Shown here: positions 24,901 through 36,400 of the stretch, piece by piece
Numbering within the stretch: the first letter of the stretch is position 1
Layout: each line of letters starts with the position of its first letter
Assembly (NCBI GenBank): GCA_004431415.1
Contig: QPMI01000457.1
Span: 186,001-250,000, forward strand
Source: Cyanophora paradoxa CCMP329
Taxonomy: Eukaryota; Plantae; Glaucophyta
Direction of reading: 5' to 3'
Length of the DNA stretch: 64,000 nt
Program-made: the position numbers and the translations under genes
Notes under the pieces: generated by a model
What the model was told of the DNA's origin: nothing
What the model saw: only the letters and a program-made list of their open reading frames with translations
The model's database searches: none

Positions 24901-27173
24901 CAAAGCACTCTTTCCAGAAAGGCAATTCGGTAAAAGACGAGATTAAAGGAACAGTGTCGTCTGCAAACTGGAGCACCTTGCAAAGAGAGCTAGAGGACAA
25001 GCGGACACCTCGTATACGAGCATCAGCATTAATCAAAAGGGCTAAAAGGTGTGTGCACAAATTATATAGATAGGGCGAAAGGGGGCCACCCTGACGTACA
25101 CCGCATCGAATGGGGAAAGGGGCGGAGGTCCAGCCGTTAATGTGAACAGAACCCTGCAGATCAGAGTAGAGCAGGCGGACCCACTTGATAAATTGGGATC
25201 CGAAACCGAACTGTTCGAGCGACCAGAAAAGGAAGCTCCAGTTAACGCGGTCATAGGCTTTTGAAAAATCAAGAAATCCGAAGCACAGCTGTTCGAGTGC
25301 AGGATTACCGCCCTCGTAATGCATGAGAAGATAAACAAGCATAACCTGGTGCACTGCGGACCGACGATGAATAAAGCCAGACTGAAAGCGGGATACAAGA
25401 CCAGACATGAGCGGCGTTAAGCGGTTGGAGAGGGCGCGCTCGACTGCACGCTCTTCGACATTAGAGAGAGAAATTGGGCGGCGATTTGCAATCAAAGTAG
25501 GGTCTGTTGCCGGTTTAGTAATAGGAGTAATGAGGACGTGCCGCAAAGACTCGGACGGCTGCCCAGACTCATACATAGCAGCGATGTAAGCACAGAAATC
25601 GGGGCCAATCTCATCAAAAAAGTGAACGTAGAATTCAGCAGGGAGACCATCGATGCCAGGAGACTTGGCTCCGCCAGACATCTCCTTAAAAGCACGAAAT
25701 AGTTCTCCAGACGATAAGTCAGAGTCAAGATCAGCAGACTCAGTAGGGAGCAGGCGGTGAGGGGAATAGAGAGAGGCAACGCCAGACCGCTCAGCTAGCG
25801 ACCGATCAACCGCGGCCTGAGCTGCAGCGCCGTCGTATAGTTGAGCGTAATAGGCGGAAGAAAGCTCGAGCAAAGTGCGGGGGTCGTCCGACGCGGCCTC
25901 TGGGCCTTCGGTGTCGAGGGCCCGAAGCCCCTCCGTGAACTGAGCATGAGAATCCGGTAAATAATGCTCAAAAAAAGCTTTACTAGACCGTCCATCTTGA
26001 GTTGCGGCGAAACGAATTTCTTTGCGTGAATGCTGTCTGGCATAGTCAGACACAAGCGAATTCAAGCTGCGCATCATAGAAGTGCGCAGTGTACGGAAAG
26101 CGACATCATCAATAGAGCCAGCGGCGTGGCGACGGATGAGAGCCTCGAGAGCTCGAACAGCGGAGATGTAAGCGTCCTTCCGCCTGCGCTTCTCATCAAA
26201 CTCCCAGGCCCGAACACGACGCTGGAGCTCGGATTTGAGGGCGTCCCACCGACGGACGCGATCTGTAACTAATGGCCACGCGGCGCGCCAGTCACGAATT
26301 ATAGTAGAAATGAAACCAGAATATTCCGGGCATGTGCCATACGCCGCCCAGTTCATGCGCCAGCGACCGGGGCCACGGCGAGAGATTCCGGGGCTTTAAG
26401 TGTGAGATAGATGCCTATATGATCAGAATTGCGTGGCTCGCCGACTGCAGAGTAAGCCGTCCACGGCCGAAGCGAGACGGCCCAATCGCGGAGGGAGGAC
26501 GAGAGGAAAAAATAATCGAGCCGGGACTCAATCGTCCCGCCCGCCGGCCGCGGCCGGCTCCAGGTTTTAAAGCACGCTCTAGTGTGAGGCCCGGCATCGA
26601 AAAGGCCATAACGAGCTCGGATCAACTCAAAGGCGTCGGGGGAGGGGTTCCACGACTAGGGCCGGGAGCATCAGAGGGGAGCTCGTGGAAATTAAAATCT
26701 CCTCCTAAGATGAGGCGGCTGTCGAAAGGAACCACGGACTCGAGAGTATAAAGAAGAGTTTCATAGAAACCGCGACGCTCGGAATCATCTGTAGGAGCAT
26801 ATACATTGCAAAAATAAATGGGACCAAATTTGGTCTCAAACAAGAAAAGTTGAAGTCGAGGACTATCAGCTGGAGTCAACAACCGAATTTGAAAAGGGGA
26901 ATCACCAGGAAAGAGAGCGGCGACCCCCTGAGTGGCCTGACCACTAGGGTTATGAGACCAAAAAGAGGGGGCCGATCCCCAGGCGCGCGCGAGGCGCTTG
27001 GATAATGAGGAAGAAGAAACATGAGTCTCCTGCAGGAACACAGCTGAATGCCGCGCGCTATCGCGGAGGCAATCAAAGAGAAAAGAACGATAAGATTTGC
27101 CTATAGCTAATACATCATGAAAAGCTCGATCTAGTTTGCCTGCTACGTTCAGAGAAAGAAACCTAAACGTCAT
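21926..27173 (-). CDS. LINE ORF2: AP endonuclease + RT + zf-RVT, broken by 2 frameshifts (~26620, ~26355), with long Pro-rich C-terminal extension
   Basis: SLNVAG, FLQETH, NVYAPT, GGDFN, SRLDY, SDH (APE). KSPGIDG, RPISL, LDFSKAYDRV, GVRQGGPLSP, QFADD (RT). CRVC..HVFSECP. Confidence 0.92.
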
Positions 27174-28306
27174 TTACGGGGGGTGGTGCAGCTCGAGGGA
27201 CAAAGCCCAAGAGCCGGAAGAGAAAACGAGGGCCGGGGGCGAGGGGGGGCCGAGGGATCAACCCCGCCGCGATACGCAGCGGGAATCGATGGGGGGCCCG
27301 AACGCCTCACGCCGATCCCGAGGGGGACGCAGCAGCGGCCTGCAAGATCGAGAAAGTCATGCAAGAGAGAAAGAGAGGAGATCGGATCGATTGCGAGGGG
27401 CGGGCCATGAGGCCGGAAAAGGCCATGAGGCCATCGAGAGTACGAATTGCAAAAGCGAACCTGCGCAGCGCGCTGCAGGTCCTCCTTCCACGGGAAGATG
27501 ATGTCGAAGTTGATGGGGTCGTTGGGCCGGCGCATGATCGCGCTGGGGCCGGTCTGGTCGGTCCAGTTCTCGCCGTTGTACTGCTCCAGGGAGCGCGAGC
27601 GGCCGCTGATCGTGACGCCCGTGCGGGTGTGCGGGGCGTGCTCGGAATGCTGCGCGCTGTGACAGCCCGGCCGGTTGCAGAACGCCCAGCTGCCGCTGAT
27701 CTGAACTGTCTCATTGCCGAACTTGTGAGAGAAAGGCAACCGCGCCTGACTGGCGACGGGCGGGACCTCCGAGAGAAACACTTTGATCCAGACGCTGTTG
27801 CCATTGATGCGATGAACTTTGGACGGGCTGAAGCCGCGCTGCACGAGCCAGTTGGAAAAGACACTATGCGCATTGGAGGGAGCTGAATAGAAAGGGCCGA
27901 AGCTGACGGAGGGATCGCGGAAGCCGGCCTCGCGCGCGGCCTTCGAATCCAGAGGCGGCGGGGGGGCGCCGTTCGCATCGGCCGGAAGCTGAGTGAAGTC
28001 GAGGACGGGAAGGTACTGGAGCGCTGATTTGCGGAGCAGCTTCTCGGCTGCATCACCGTGCACGGCCTCGATGGTGAGCAGGAGTGCGCTATTCCCGTAG
28101 CAGCACACTGCCACGGGGGGGTCGAGGCTAGCCAAGCAGTCGGCTACGCTGTGACGAATCTGGGTTCTGCTGGGCCCCTCGGACAGCGCGCGGAGGGCGT
28201 TGGACTGAGAGGTCGGGGCGGTCAAGCTGAAATATCTGACCGTCTGGCTATAAAAAAAAATGAGAGAGAGCCCACCCAGATGGCCCACCCCTCTCCGCCA
28301 CCCCAT
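27170..28306 (-). CDS. LINE ORF1 (putative RNA-binding, Cys/His cluster)
   Basis: Position upstream of ORF2 with overlapping stop/start; FCNRPGCHSAQH. Confidence 0.6.
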   Translation of the reverse strand: MGWRRGVGHLGGLSLIFFYSQTVRYFSLTAPTSQSNALRALSEGPSRTQIRHSVADCLASLDPPVAVCCYGNSALLLTIEAVHGDAAEKLLRKSALQYLPVLDFTQLPADANGAPPPPLDSKAAREAGFRDPSVSFGPFYSAPSNAHSVFSNWLVQRGFSPSKVHRINGNSVWIKVFLSEVPPVASQARLPFSHKFGNETVQISGSWAFCNRPGCHSAQHSEHAPHTRTGVTISGRSRSLEQYNGENWTDQTGPSAIMRRPNDPINFDIIFPWKEDLQRAAQVRFCNSYSRWPHGLFRPHGPPLAIDPISSLSLLHDFLDLAGRCCVPLGIGVRRSGPPSIPAAYRGGVDPSAPPRPRPSFSLPALGLCPSSCTTPRK

Positions 28307-28525
28307 CTCCTCACCACCTCCCTCGCTGCACCAGCCCTAGCGTCCACCCCATTCTCCCTCCGACCACGCTCTGTCGTTACGTCTACCCCGCCGATCCAGC
28401 TACGTCTGCCGGCCTTTTCCCTAGGTCAAAGCCTAGCAATAGCTTGCGACTATTCAAGACAGAGCTGACAACTAGAAGAGACGTAGAGGAGCGCGGCCCC
28501 CCCTTGCGCGCGGTCTGCTGCGGCC

Positions 28526-28894
28526 TCAATCATCTTCTTCCACGATGATCAATGTTTTTTCTGTAGAAGTTCTCCTATGCCTTGGTGAATCGTGTCTTTG
28601 GGCATTCCTGAAATTGAACGGGAGCAGAGTCAAATTTTGCATTGGAGTTCTAGGGATCGCATGCCCATGGGTCCCAGGCCACGAGCTCCGTCTATCAGTA
28701 GGAACTAGCCAGGGCACAGGGGAGTCTGTTCGAGATTGTTCACAGGGCGACACTGACCGAGAAGTGTTTGGAGTTCCATCAGTGCCGTCGGTTTCTGAGA
28801 TATTTAGATCAATAGTTGTTTCGCAGCAGCTGCTCTTGAGATTGCTTGTGATGTGAAGGTGAAACATGTCAAGACATCTCCTTATCAAATCCAT
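28526..28894 (-). CDS. Small viral hypothetical protein, homolog of 63556-63828
   Basis: MDLIRRCLDMFHLHITSNLKSSCCET vs MDIIRKFFEMFSLHVVSNCHSGCCET. Confidence 0.75.
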   Translation of the reverse strand: MDLIRRCLDMFHLHITSNLKSSCCETTIDLNISETDGTDGTPNTSRSVSPCEQSRTDSPVPWLVPTDRRSSWPGTHGHAIPRTPMQNLTLLPFNFRNAQRHDSPRHRRTSTEKTLIIVEEDD

Positions 28895-28930
28895 TCATAG
28901 TACTTGTTGCACATAAAAGAATGAAGATCT

Positions 28931-29767
28931 CTAAGGATTAGGATCGGCCCCGCCGATTGGGAAATAACGATTCGAATTGAACGTTTCCCCGTACTTGACA
29001 CCATTTGCAATCACATCTGTTCTTTCGGCAAATAGAATAATTTTGTAGGCCCCCATGAGCGTTGCCCTCACAATAAACTGGTAATCTTCAACCCCAACGG
29101 GAGCAGAGTGGAAAGCAACACCAAAATTGTCGATCGGATTGATTAAAACAGCTATGTTTGGCCGGAGAGCATCATTCCTCCTACAAAGGAAATAGATATC
29201 AGGGGGAATATCAACAACACTCTTGAAGTGATTTCCGAGTGGCTGAACGTTATCTACGATCGATGTTTGCTCATTTATATTTAGTGTGAATAGTTTGATG
29301 ATATAAGGCAAATTCATACCAGGAACATACGTTCTGATTCTTTCATTAGTGTTTTCAGGGTTAGGTTGATCATTAACAAATATAGGGGCACAAGCAGCTC
29401 CGCCCACTCTAAGGCCATCCCCAATATAAGCACCTCCAAATCTGCAGGTGACGGCACCTGTTCTTGATTCAAAGGTAAAATTACTGACCTTATTAGCATC
29501 GTCATAGCTATCAGGATCCCCATAATTTGAATTAAAGTTTGCATTGGTTACAAGGAGACTTGTTGTTTTTATTGTCCCATTATTTTTGTCGCATCGAACC
29601 TCGCCTAAACGTAATATGTGATTCTCCCGGAAGGTGTTTAGAGTTGGCTGCTGCTCTGTGGACTCTAGGCCGGGCACATCATCTGAAACTGCATGCTGCA
29701 GGACGTGGTTGGCTGGAGCGGCGAGGGTCAACGATGGAACTACTATTCTTTCAACAGCTTCAGCCAT
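28931..29767 (-). CDS. Viral structural-type protein (ELRxDK N-terminal family), ortholog of 47734-48570
   Basis: Strong full-length similarity to 47734-48570 (LAAPANHVLQHA, EVRCDKNNG, GGAYIGDGLRVGGA). Confidence 0.8.
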   Translation of the reverse strand: MAEAVERIVVPSLTLAAPANHVLQHAVSDDVPGLESTEQQPTLNTFRENHILRLGEVRCDKNNGTIKTTSLLVTNANFNSNYGDPDSYDDANKVSNFTFESRTGAVTCRFGGAYIGDGLRVGGAACAPIFVNDQPNPENTNERIRTYVPGMNLPYIIKLFTLNINEQTSIVDNVQPLGNHFKSVVDIPPDIYFLCRRNDALRPNIAVLINPIDNFGVAFHSAPVGVEDYQFIVRATLMGAYKIILFAERTDVIANGVKYGETFNSNRYFPIGGADPNP

Positions 29768-29829
29768 TATTGTTATGACTTAAAGAAAATGAATGCATAA
29801 AAAAGCAAGGAACAAGGAAGGCTAGACAG

Positions 29830-30357
29830 ATGGAGATCGAAATTCCCAATGGAGCGATTGCTATTCCTATCTATGGACGGAATGGAATAGTAGCACATTC
29901 TTTCATATTAGCAGCTGATGCTGAACTAATTAATGAGAAACGCTGGTCGCTTGACACTAGTGGTTATGCTAAATGTCACATCTATGTAAACGGAAAGAGG
30001 ACAACAATGAAAATGCATCAGTTAATTGTAGGATCAGTCAATCCAGGGTTTTCTATTGATCACATCAACTGCAATAAACTTGATAACAGACGTGAAAATC
30101 TTCGCCTGGCTACAAACTATCAGCAAACATTGAATCAATTGCTTCGAAAAAATAATTCGAGTGGTTTTGTGGGGGTGAGCTTTAATAAGTCTAATAACAA
30201 ATGGAAAGCTCAATTTAGTATAAATGAACGCGTGAAACACATTGGCTATTTCTCTACTGCGGAAGCTGCTGCTAAAGCCAGGGATACCTATGCTCTTGCA
30301 CACACCAGCGAGACCGATCGTCCATTTATCCGCCTAAATTTTCCAGCTGAAGCATAA
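29830..30357 (+). CDS. HNH endonuclease with AP2 DNA-binding domain (free-standing homing endonuclease)
   Basis: DHINCNKLDNRRENLR; SGFVGVSF..KWKAQ..HIGYFSTAEAAAKARD. Confidence 0.9.
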   Translation: MEIEIPNGAIAIPIYGRNGIVAHSFILAADAELINEKRWSLDTSGYAKCHIYVNGKRTTMKMHQLIVGSVNPGFSIDHINCNKLDNRRENLRLATNYQQTLNQLLRKNNSSGFVGVSFNKSNNKWKAQFSINERVKHIGYFSTAEAAAKARDTYALAHTSETDRPFIRLNFPAEA

Positions 30358-30367
30358 ACGTTCTTTA

Positions 30368-30955
30368 TCATGGTATAGGATTTTCCGGATTGTTCTCCTC
30401 ATACATGTTATTCAGTGCTGGATCAAAGTTTAATCCTCTGGTGGCCACAGATGCAGCCACATCGGAGCGATAGCCGATGATAAGGATAGAGTATCTGCCT
30501 ATAGAGGTAGCATATAAATCGAAAAGATGCCTTGTATTGATATTACGAACTACGTATCCCCGTCCAGCATGTCCTAAACCTTGTACAAAGAACGTGTAAA
30601 CATGGCCTATTTGATCATTTTGATCTTGACAGAGCGATTGAAGTGCCTTGGGGATTTCTCTGTTTGAAAGCAACCTCTCTCCATCGAGACCATTTGGTGT
30701 GCTTGAATTAGCTATTGTAATTTCAACTTCTACTAGAGCTTGTGCATAGGGGAGGTCACAGCAGGGTACATACATGCGAACTCGTTTACGATTTTCAGCA
30801 TTCTCTAATGAAAAGTCTGGGACATCATTGATGGCAATCGATGATGATAGCCCTCCACTAACTCGGCAAGCACCGGTAATAGCCGCACCACCGGAGCGCA
30901 CAGTGAGGGCAGCAGTGTTTTGATCATAGTTTATGCTTCGAAGGTCAACACTATA
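30368..30955 (-). pseudogene. 5'-truncated ortholog of 48594-49439 (ELRxDK family)
   Basis: YSVDLRSINYDQNTAALTVRSGGA aligns with YSVALKALDFDKNTAAVTVRSGGA; similarity stops exactly at the 30955 hairpin. Confidence 0.8.
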
Positions 30956-31025
30956 CACATATAAAAACAAATATTATTATCCCTCGCGTTCCGCTCAGGA
31001 TAATAATATTTGTTTTTATATGTGT
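30955..31025. repeat. Perfect 28-bp hairpin (15-nt loop), putative left terminus of element B
   Basis: acacatataaaaacaaatattattatcc-ctcgcgttccgctca-ggataataatatttgtttttatatgtgt. Confidence 0.9.
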
Positions 31026-31280
31026 GTTACTATAAGTTATATAAAGATATTAGCATTTTTATCATAGTGTATATCGATATTTGATATGTATTTTATTGGT
31101 AATTCGTAAATGAATCAATAAAAATAATATAAGTATCGTGGAATCTTTGTAAAATATGTATATAAATTATGTAATCGCGATATATCCGATATGTGTTTAC
31201 GATGCGCGATGTGTATCTAAAACAACTACAATGTGCTGCTTGGGACGCGCCTCATATAGTCATGTGTATCACCTACGTAG

Positions 31281-31977
31281 CTTCGATAGGGTGGGGCGGG
31301 TGGGGTGAGGTGGGGCATTTTTTTGAATTCCCTAAAATAATTCCCCCTCAAAAATGTTTGGTCAAAAAAGACCCCACCCAACCCCACTTACCCCACCCTG
31401 TATCTTTTATTATATTTATGATTGATTTCAATGTGATTAATGTATAAAGTATAGAGATTATGTATGTTAAATTAATACCGGGTGGGGTGTGAGGGTGGGG
31501 TGTGAAGGTGGTATCAGCCAACCATTTAATAATTACGATATTGAACCGACGTGATACCGACGAGATATGATATATTCAGATCGTATTAGAACGGCGCGAT
31601 CACTAAGAAAAACAAGTATCATGTGCTGTATATTTCGCGATCGCTATATCAATAGGGTGGGGTGAGAAAGTGGGGCACCACCCTCACTGTATACACTGTG
31701 ATATGATCGCAATCCCGATGAAGCCTACTACGATATCGTGCAGACTTCGATAGGGTGGGGTAAGTGGGGTGAGGTGGGGCATTTTTTTGAATCCCTTAAA
31801 TTTTTGGGGGGTCAAATATTTTTGGGCAAAAAAGACCCCACCCAACCCCACCCTCCCCACCCTGTATTACTTATCGATACACCTCACTTATTCAATGTAT
31901 AAACTCTATTAAATTAGATAGAAAATATGTATAGAAATAACGTGATTGTAGTATAGGGTGGGGTGTAGGGTGGGGGC
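31281..31977. repeat. GGGTGGGG iterons and duplicated stem-loop (31281-31402 ~ 31745-31866), ori-like
   Basis: Repeated tagggtgggg..gtggggcatttttt and aaaaagaccccacccaaccccac in AT-rich non-coding DNA. Confidence 0.75.
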
Positions 31978-32118
31978 AAAATGCAAACTGAATCAGTGCG
32001 ATATAATTTAGTGAACACGAATTGGATACGAAAGGGATAAGTGCGCCCCGCCCACTATGCAAGATACATGCCTTTCTTATGCATGATCTATGAAAAATAA
32101 CAATAAACCCCTTTCTCT

Positions 32119-32400
32119 TTACATAGGAGCACTCACAGGAATTTCGCTTGCCTTTCGAACAGTCCCCCTTGCAAACGCTTGCTCTACAATCGCCTCCTTT
32201 GTGAGTGGAATCGGAATTCCAGCGGCAATACACGATTTAACTTCTTTGTCCACAATCTCATCAATCGCGATTCTCGCCCGATTATGAGCCGCATTATCGA
32301 TCCAATCCTGAACAGAGTAGGCACAGTATTCCATTCCCAGCTTTTCAGTCTCAGTTAGAATCACTTGGTAGATGTTTGACATTCTTTTAACATTAGACAA
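32119..32400 (-). CDS. Small phage-type tail-fibre-associated protein (putative chaperone)
   Basis: LTETEKLGMEY.A..VQDWIDNAAHNRARIAIDEIV..IP.TKEAIV..AFARG resembles small proteins I recall next to C1q fibres in aquatic phages. Confidence 0.6.
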   Translation of the reverse strand: MSNVKRMSNIYQVILTETEKLGMEYCAYSVQDWIDNAAHNRARIAIDEIVDKEVKSCIAAGIPIPLTKEAIVEQAFARGTVRKASEIPVSAPM

Positions 32401-32409
32401 TAAAATATT

Positions 32410-33411
32410 CTAATATACATCAATGAGTTCACCTGCCCATAAATTGAAATTTGTGTTAGTGCCATATATAGTTCCTGATTCTAATTGAAGCCTCGCATTG
32501 TCATTTGCATTCATTTTCACTATGCAATTGAAACCGAATTGATAATGGGTTCCTGCACTTGGGCTTATGTAGCCAATAATATTAGCTCCAACGTTGTTTA
32601 TTCGCAAGGTGACATGATGAGTTCCTGTGGTGTTGCTCATTAAAGTTACCATGAACCTGTAATATCCGTTGACAGGAGCAGTAAATACCCCGTTTGAAAC
32701 CGATGTTGATGATATTATAACATTTGCCCAGTTCGTGAGGGCAAAAGGTCCTGACGGGGATCCATTATATCCATAACAAAATTTTATATGGTTTGGGAGT
32801 GAGAGATAAGAGTTTGTTCCATTAATTGATAATCCATTCCAGGTGAAGGTTCCAGCATTTGTTATGTTGGTATGAGATGCTGTGAATGTAGAAGCAATCT
32901 TTGCCCCAGCTCTCTTGATCTCAAAATTGTCACTTGCACCCACAGTATCAATGGAATTCGTTTTAATTCCACCACTTGCTGTGAGCAACCCAGTAAACCC
33001 GCCAGTGGTTCCATTCACAGCCCCATAGGAAGTCGCTGTAACTGTCCCATTCACACTCAGTCCAGTCCCAATCCATGCCCCGCCACTGTAAACTTGAAAA
33101 GCCGCCGAATTCCTATCAGCCGGATTAAAAGCCGTTTTGGAATCCTGTTGACCTTCATATAGATTTTCTTTGGTGACCAGCCCCGAAGATATTGCGGGTC
33201 GATTCGATACGATCAGTTCAGTAGCTTTAACGATTCCACCAGCCTTGTCAGCTCTGAGTTCTTTGACTCTGAGAATGGAGGTCTCATTGAAAGAATCGGT
33301 TTTCGCTGTCTCAGTCGAAGGGAATGACTCACTTAGATCATATATAGTGTGTTGCACGTTGTGGACAGCACTGGCTGATAAGGAAAACACAGGGGTAAAC
33401 ACAGTCGACAT
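32410..33411 (-). CDS. ELRxDK-family fibre with C-terminal C1q/TNF-like domain
   Basis: N-term SILRVKELRADKAGGIVK; C-term NGVFTAPVNGYYRF...IVKMNAND...WAGELI (C1q). Confidence 0.8.
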   Translation of the reverse strand: MSTVFTPVFSLSASAVHNVQHTIYDLSESFPSTETAKTDSFNETSILRVKELRADKAGGIVKATELIVSNRPAISSGLVTKENLYEGQQDSKTAFNPADRNSAAFQVYSGGAWIGTGLSVNGTVTATSYGAVNGTTGGFTGLLTASGGIKTNSIDTVGASDNFEIKRAGAKIASTFTASHTNITNAGTFTWNGLSINGTNSYLSLPNHIKFCYGYNGSPSGPFALTNWANVIISSTSVSNGVFTAPVNGYYRFMVTLMSNTTGTHHVTLRINNVGANIIGYISPSAGTHYQFGFNCIVKMNANDNARLQLESGTIYGTNTNFNLWAGELIDVY

Positions 33412-33466
33412 CTTTTGATTGTTCTTTATTATTACGTGAGAATATTATTATTATTACGTGAGAATA

Positions 33467-36400
33467 TTATGCTACCATCTTTCCTGTTGCTATATAACTC
33501 ATTTGATAGTGGAAAAGTCCGATGCTTTCATTGAATTCATAATTTGCCGAAACTGTTACATTAACAGTAAAGGTTGTTGTTGAGGAACTTGTGACACCAT
33601 ATACCAATACATATGAACCACCATTATACCCTTGTTTCAGATTGAGAACCACTTCTGGGGCTTGCGCAAATGCTTTTGGGAATGTGACAACCTGTGAAAA
33701 TCCCCAATGACCCGGACCTACGATTGTTAAAGAATTTGAAAAACTCCCTGTCTGTATATACTGGTCTTTATTGACCCGTTGTTCTGAAACAAGTTTTGCA
33801 ATCTTTGTATTATCTGTTTCATCCATTGCATAATATGCTCTTGCGTAAGCATTTCCCCGACATAATAACGTTTTATCGTATATATTTGCGGAATTGTGGA
33901 AAAACCATTGTTCTAAATAAAGTGGTGCATCTGGTTGGTAAATTTGACCGGATCCCACATACATGGTATTATTTGCTGTGATCGTGTTCGCTACAAATGG
34001 GTCTAAGGTTGGGAAATCCGTGATTTCCGATTTTGTGTGAGTATGGGCGAAATCTGTTATATTTGCCTTTGTGTGACTATGTGCGAAATCTGTGATATCT
34101 GCTTTAAAATGAGAGTGAGGACCGACAGTCGTAGAAGCTGTTGGCTTCCCGTATATATTATTCCAATGGAGGAAACCACTGTGTGACGATATAGCGGGGT
34201 TTTTGCTCCAACCAACAGTAATCGGACCTGGAAGATAAATTCTTCCTATTTGTCCTTGAACACCAACTTTAACAAGTCCTTCACAATTTATTGCAGCAAA
34301 CTGTTTGAAATCTCTTACAGGATTATATGCAGGAGCATAGGCATTTACTCGTAAACGAGTATAAGTATTGGTTGATGGTTCAATTCCAACAACATCAAAG
34401 TATCTACTGTCATACTGACACGTATAATAGATATAACATGATTTCATTCCTGTTGGAACATTCCAATACATCTTACAGCTACTACAATCATCATCACCAT
34501 CAATCCATGTGTTTGCCCAAGTGCTTGTGTCACCTACAAGTGGTTGCCCAACATAATCTCTCCAATCTCCTGTGCGGTCTGTGGAAATACCACTTGTAGC
34601 GTCAAAATCAGTTGGTGAAGTGTATGTTGGTGTATTTATCAGATCATCATAGTTTCCAGTTGTTGCCACAGTCGCAAATGTCGGGAAGTCTGTAATTTGA
34701 GACTTTGTGTGGGTATGGGCAAAATCTGTTATTTCTGACTTTGTGTGAGTGTGTGAAAAATCTGTAATCTCTGACTTTGTGTGAGTGTGTAGATCAGGTG
34801 CGAAGGTTAATGGTCGAACATTGTGAACATTGGGTAATTCAATGCGACTAATTGGAGTGTTTGGATCTAATACATATTCAGCACCAAGGTGGACAACAGG
34901 AAATGTTTGATCATTCGGAGTAGTAACAAAGAAATTAGAAGCATGCACATCACCTGCAATTGTTCCACCTGTTAGTGGTAAATAATCATGATCGTGTGAA
35001 TCAGGTGGATAGGTCGATGGGGGATTGACAATATGCTCCCAAAAATGCTTGTGAACATTGGGTAATTCAAGACGACTAAATGGGGTGTTTGGATCTAAAA
35101 CATATTCAGCACCAAGGTGGACAACAGGAAATGTTTGATCATGTGGAGTGTCGACAAAGAAATTCGGGGCATGCACATCACCTGTAAGAGTCCCACCTGT
35201 TAGAGGTAAATAATTCCCAAGAGCCGACGTTAATTCGGTATCTGTTACATAATCTTCAAGAATTGCTGCAAGTTCTGTATCATCTACATAGTTTTTGCTT
35301 TCGAGGTAATCATCTGTTACCACACCTGAAAGGGTTGTATTGTGTAAGTTTTTCGCCGCCATTCTTTGATTGACTTCTAAGGCGCCTCCTGATGTCGTTT
35401 TAATCCACGCCATCTCACATTTACCGTGATCATCTGTGGGTTGTCCCACAACAGGAAGATAGTTTACAACTTTCTCCCTTGTGAACACAATCTTAGGTCT
35501 TGCTCCATCATATGCGCTTTGATCCGTTACATTTACTTGAATTGCTGCTGAAAAATCCGCTTCTTGTCCTATTTCTCCTGGGTGATAATTCGTAACATAG
35601 ATACTGGGGAAAGTATCATTTACTCCTACATTGAAATCGCCACTATACACTCCGTTTACGATTGGATCCCTGGGTAATCTTACAGCAAGAGTTCCCACCA
35701 TCGGTGTGCCTGTTTCACCTGTAAACGACCCATTCAGACTAACATAATGATCATTCAAAAATAGCCTTTCAGGTGTATTAATCGATTGGTAAAGTGTGAC
35801 CCCATTAAAAACATTTCCGATTGCATTCAATTGCGCAAAAACTGGCTGCTCATCTATTTCCTCCCATGGGTGCCTGTGGTTACTATTGGTAATCTCTGAA
35901 TAATCATGAGTGTGTTTTCCCGGTGGGAAGGTCGATGGGGATTTGTGATATCTTCCCATAAATGCTTATGGGCGAAATCTGTAATATCTGCTTTTGTGTG
36001 TTTTTGCTTTGCTAACCAATCTAAAACAACATTCGATGTCGGGTGATTTGGTAGGTTTGCTTCAATCTTCACAGTGAGATAATCGACTATTACATTACTT
36101 CCATTAATATTACTTGCCCATAGGTTACTGCTGTAAATGTTACTTGCATAAATGTTACTGCTATAAATATTACTTGTAACTGTAAGGTTTGATGCAATTG
36201 TAAGATTAGATGAAATAACACCACCTTTGAGAGACAAGTAATCATGAGTGTGTGGATCAGGTGGGAAGGTTAATGGTCGATTGGTGATATGCTCCCACAA
36301 ATGCTCGTGAGAACTGGGTGGATAGGTTAATGGGGCATTGGTGATATGTTCCCACAAATGCTTGTGAGAATTGGGTAGTTCGATTCGACTAATTGGGGTG

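Larger units (their letters stand above)
20703..28525 (-). mobile_element. Non-LTR retrotransposon (L1/Tx1-like LINE), near full length; ends approximate
   Basis: ORF1, then APE-RT-CCHC ORF2 on the minus strand; short A-tract at 20704-20712 (minus); no TSD recognised. Confidence 0.85.
28526..30954. mobile_element. Endogenous PLV-like element A (fragment)
   Basis: Sharp drop in GC, intronless compact genes homologous to genes of element C; truncated at 30955. Confidence 0.65.

Noticed and set aside
33426-33468. ~23-bp tandem duplication attattacgtgagaatatt
   Set aside because: Simple local slippage in an intergenic gap; no further structure.
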